From contig NC_043004.1 of NCBI RefSeq assembly GCF_006345805.1, positions 105,772,001-105,836,000 of the forward strand: a DNA stretch of 64,000 nt, read 5' to 3'. Shown in pieces: positions 63,156 through 64,000 of the stretch (within the stretch, counting starts at the first letter, position 1; every line of letters begins with the position of its first letter). The notes beneath the pieces were generated by a model. It did no database searches and was not told the origin of the DNA. It saw nothing but the letters and a program-made list of their open reading frames with translations. The position numbers and the translations under genes were made by a program. This DNA is from Octopus sinensis. Its lineage: Eukaryota.

Positions 63156-63526
63156 ACACATGTTATTCAAGTATCAGGGTAAGATTATAAAACTTTTCTC
63201 TTCATATCAACACAGAAATTTATTTGCAATGACTCAAAATTTCTTGAACAATCATTGAGGTTGGATTCAACCCCATTCACACAAGAAACCTTCATTGTAC
63301 AATTTTATATATATATGTATTGTGTGTGTTTGTGTGTGTGTGTGTATGTTTCTTTATTGAGAAAAATTAAAGAATGAAAACTTTCTCAACAATTAAGTCA
63401 AAAGCCAGAAATACTAATCTTCTCAAAATCTAATTCAATGGTTCTCAACCAGGATCTATGTGACCTCTATGGGTCCACATAAGATTTTGTTTGTTAAAAT
63501 TTTTGTGCAATAAATTGGTTATACTT

Positions 63527-63756
63527 CTTATTTCTTTACTGCCCACAAGGGGCTACACACAGAGGGGACAAACAAGGACAGACAAATGAATTAAGTCGAT
63601 TATATCGACCCCAGTGCATAACTGGTACTTATTTAATCGACCTCAAAAGGATGAAAGGCAAAGTCAACCTCAGCGGAAATTGAACTCAGAACGTAACGGC
63701 AGAGGAAATACCGATAAGCATTTCACCCGGCGTGCTATCCTTTCTGCCAGCTTGCC
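63527..63756 (-). mobile_element. Full-length SINE family A, young, truncating a hAT-like end at 63436-63526
   Basis: Highly similar to 20138-20377; CpGs intact. Confidence 0.9.
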
Positions 63757-64000
63757 AAAACACTAAATATCTTAATGATTTTTTTATGCAATTCCTAATA
63801 ATATTTAATTCTAAAAATATAAAGGGATTTTTTTTAAACATTGAAATGCTATAAGGGTCTACCCAAGTGAAATAGGAATCAAAGAGGTTCATAGGTAAAA
63901 AATGGCTGAGACCCACTGATCTAATTGATTGATGCAAGTGAGGTGATTGTTGGTACGGACATGTGGTATGAGTGGATAATGAATGTAGGGCACAAAAAAG

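Overview
This is AT-rich, repeat-saturated animal genomic DNA, most likely from an octopus. That assignment is inferred from the very high load of (TA)n/(CA)n/(GAT)n/(AAT)n microsatellites and recurring tRNA-headed SINEs; it was not checked against a database. I found no protein-coding gene I can support: the supplied ORFs are microsatellite translations or transposon relics. The window is probably intronic or intergenic. Identifiable content: many tRNA-derived SINEs (families A-E are my window-local labels), 5'-truncated RTE, CR1-like and R4/Dong-like LINE fragments, two mariner transposase relics, and mariner, hAT and TTAA-flanked MITEs. The most interesting signal is two unrelated fold-back palindromes (44097-44406 and 20040-20427) whose arms read as head-to-head type I hammerhead ribozymes with palindromic helix III, plus three more degenerate hammerhead cores at 43.4-44.0 kb. 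These are probably Penelope-like element termini. There is also a textbook AG|GTAAGT recursive-splice candidate at 63148-63155. Boundaries of old repeats are approximate (about +/-20 bp); motif, TSD and hairpin coordinates were counted by hand.
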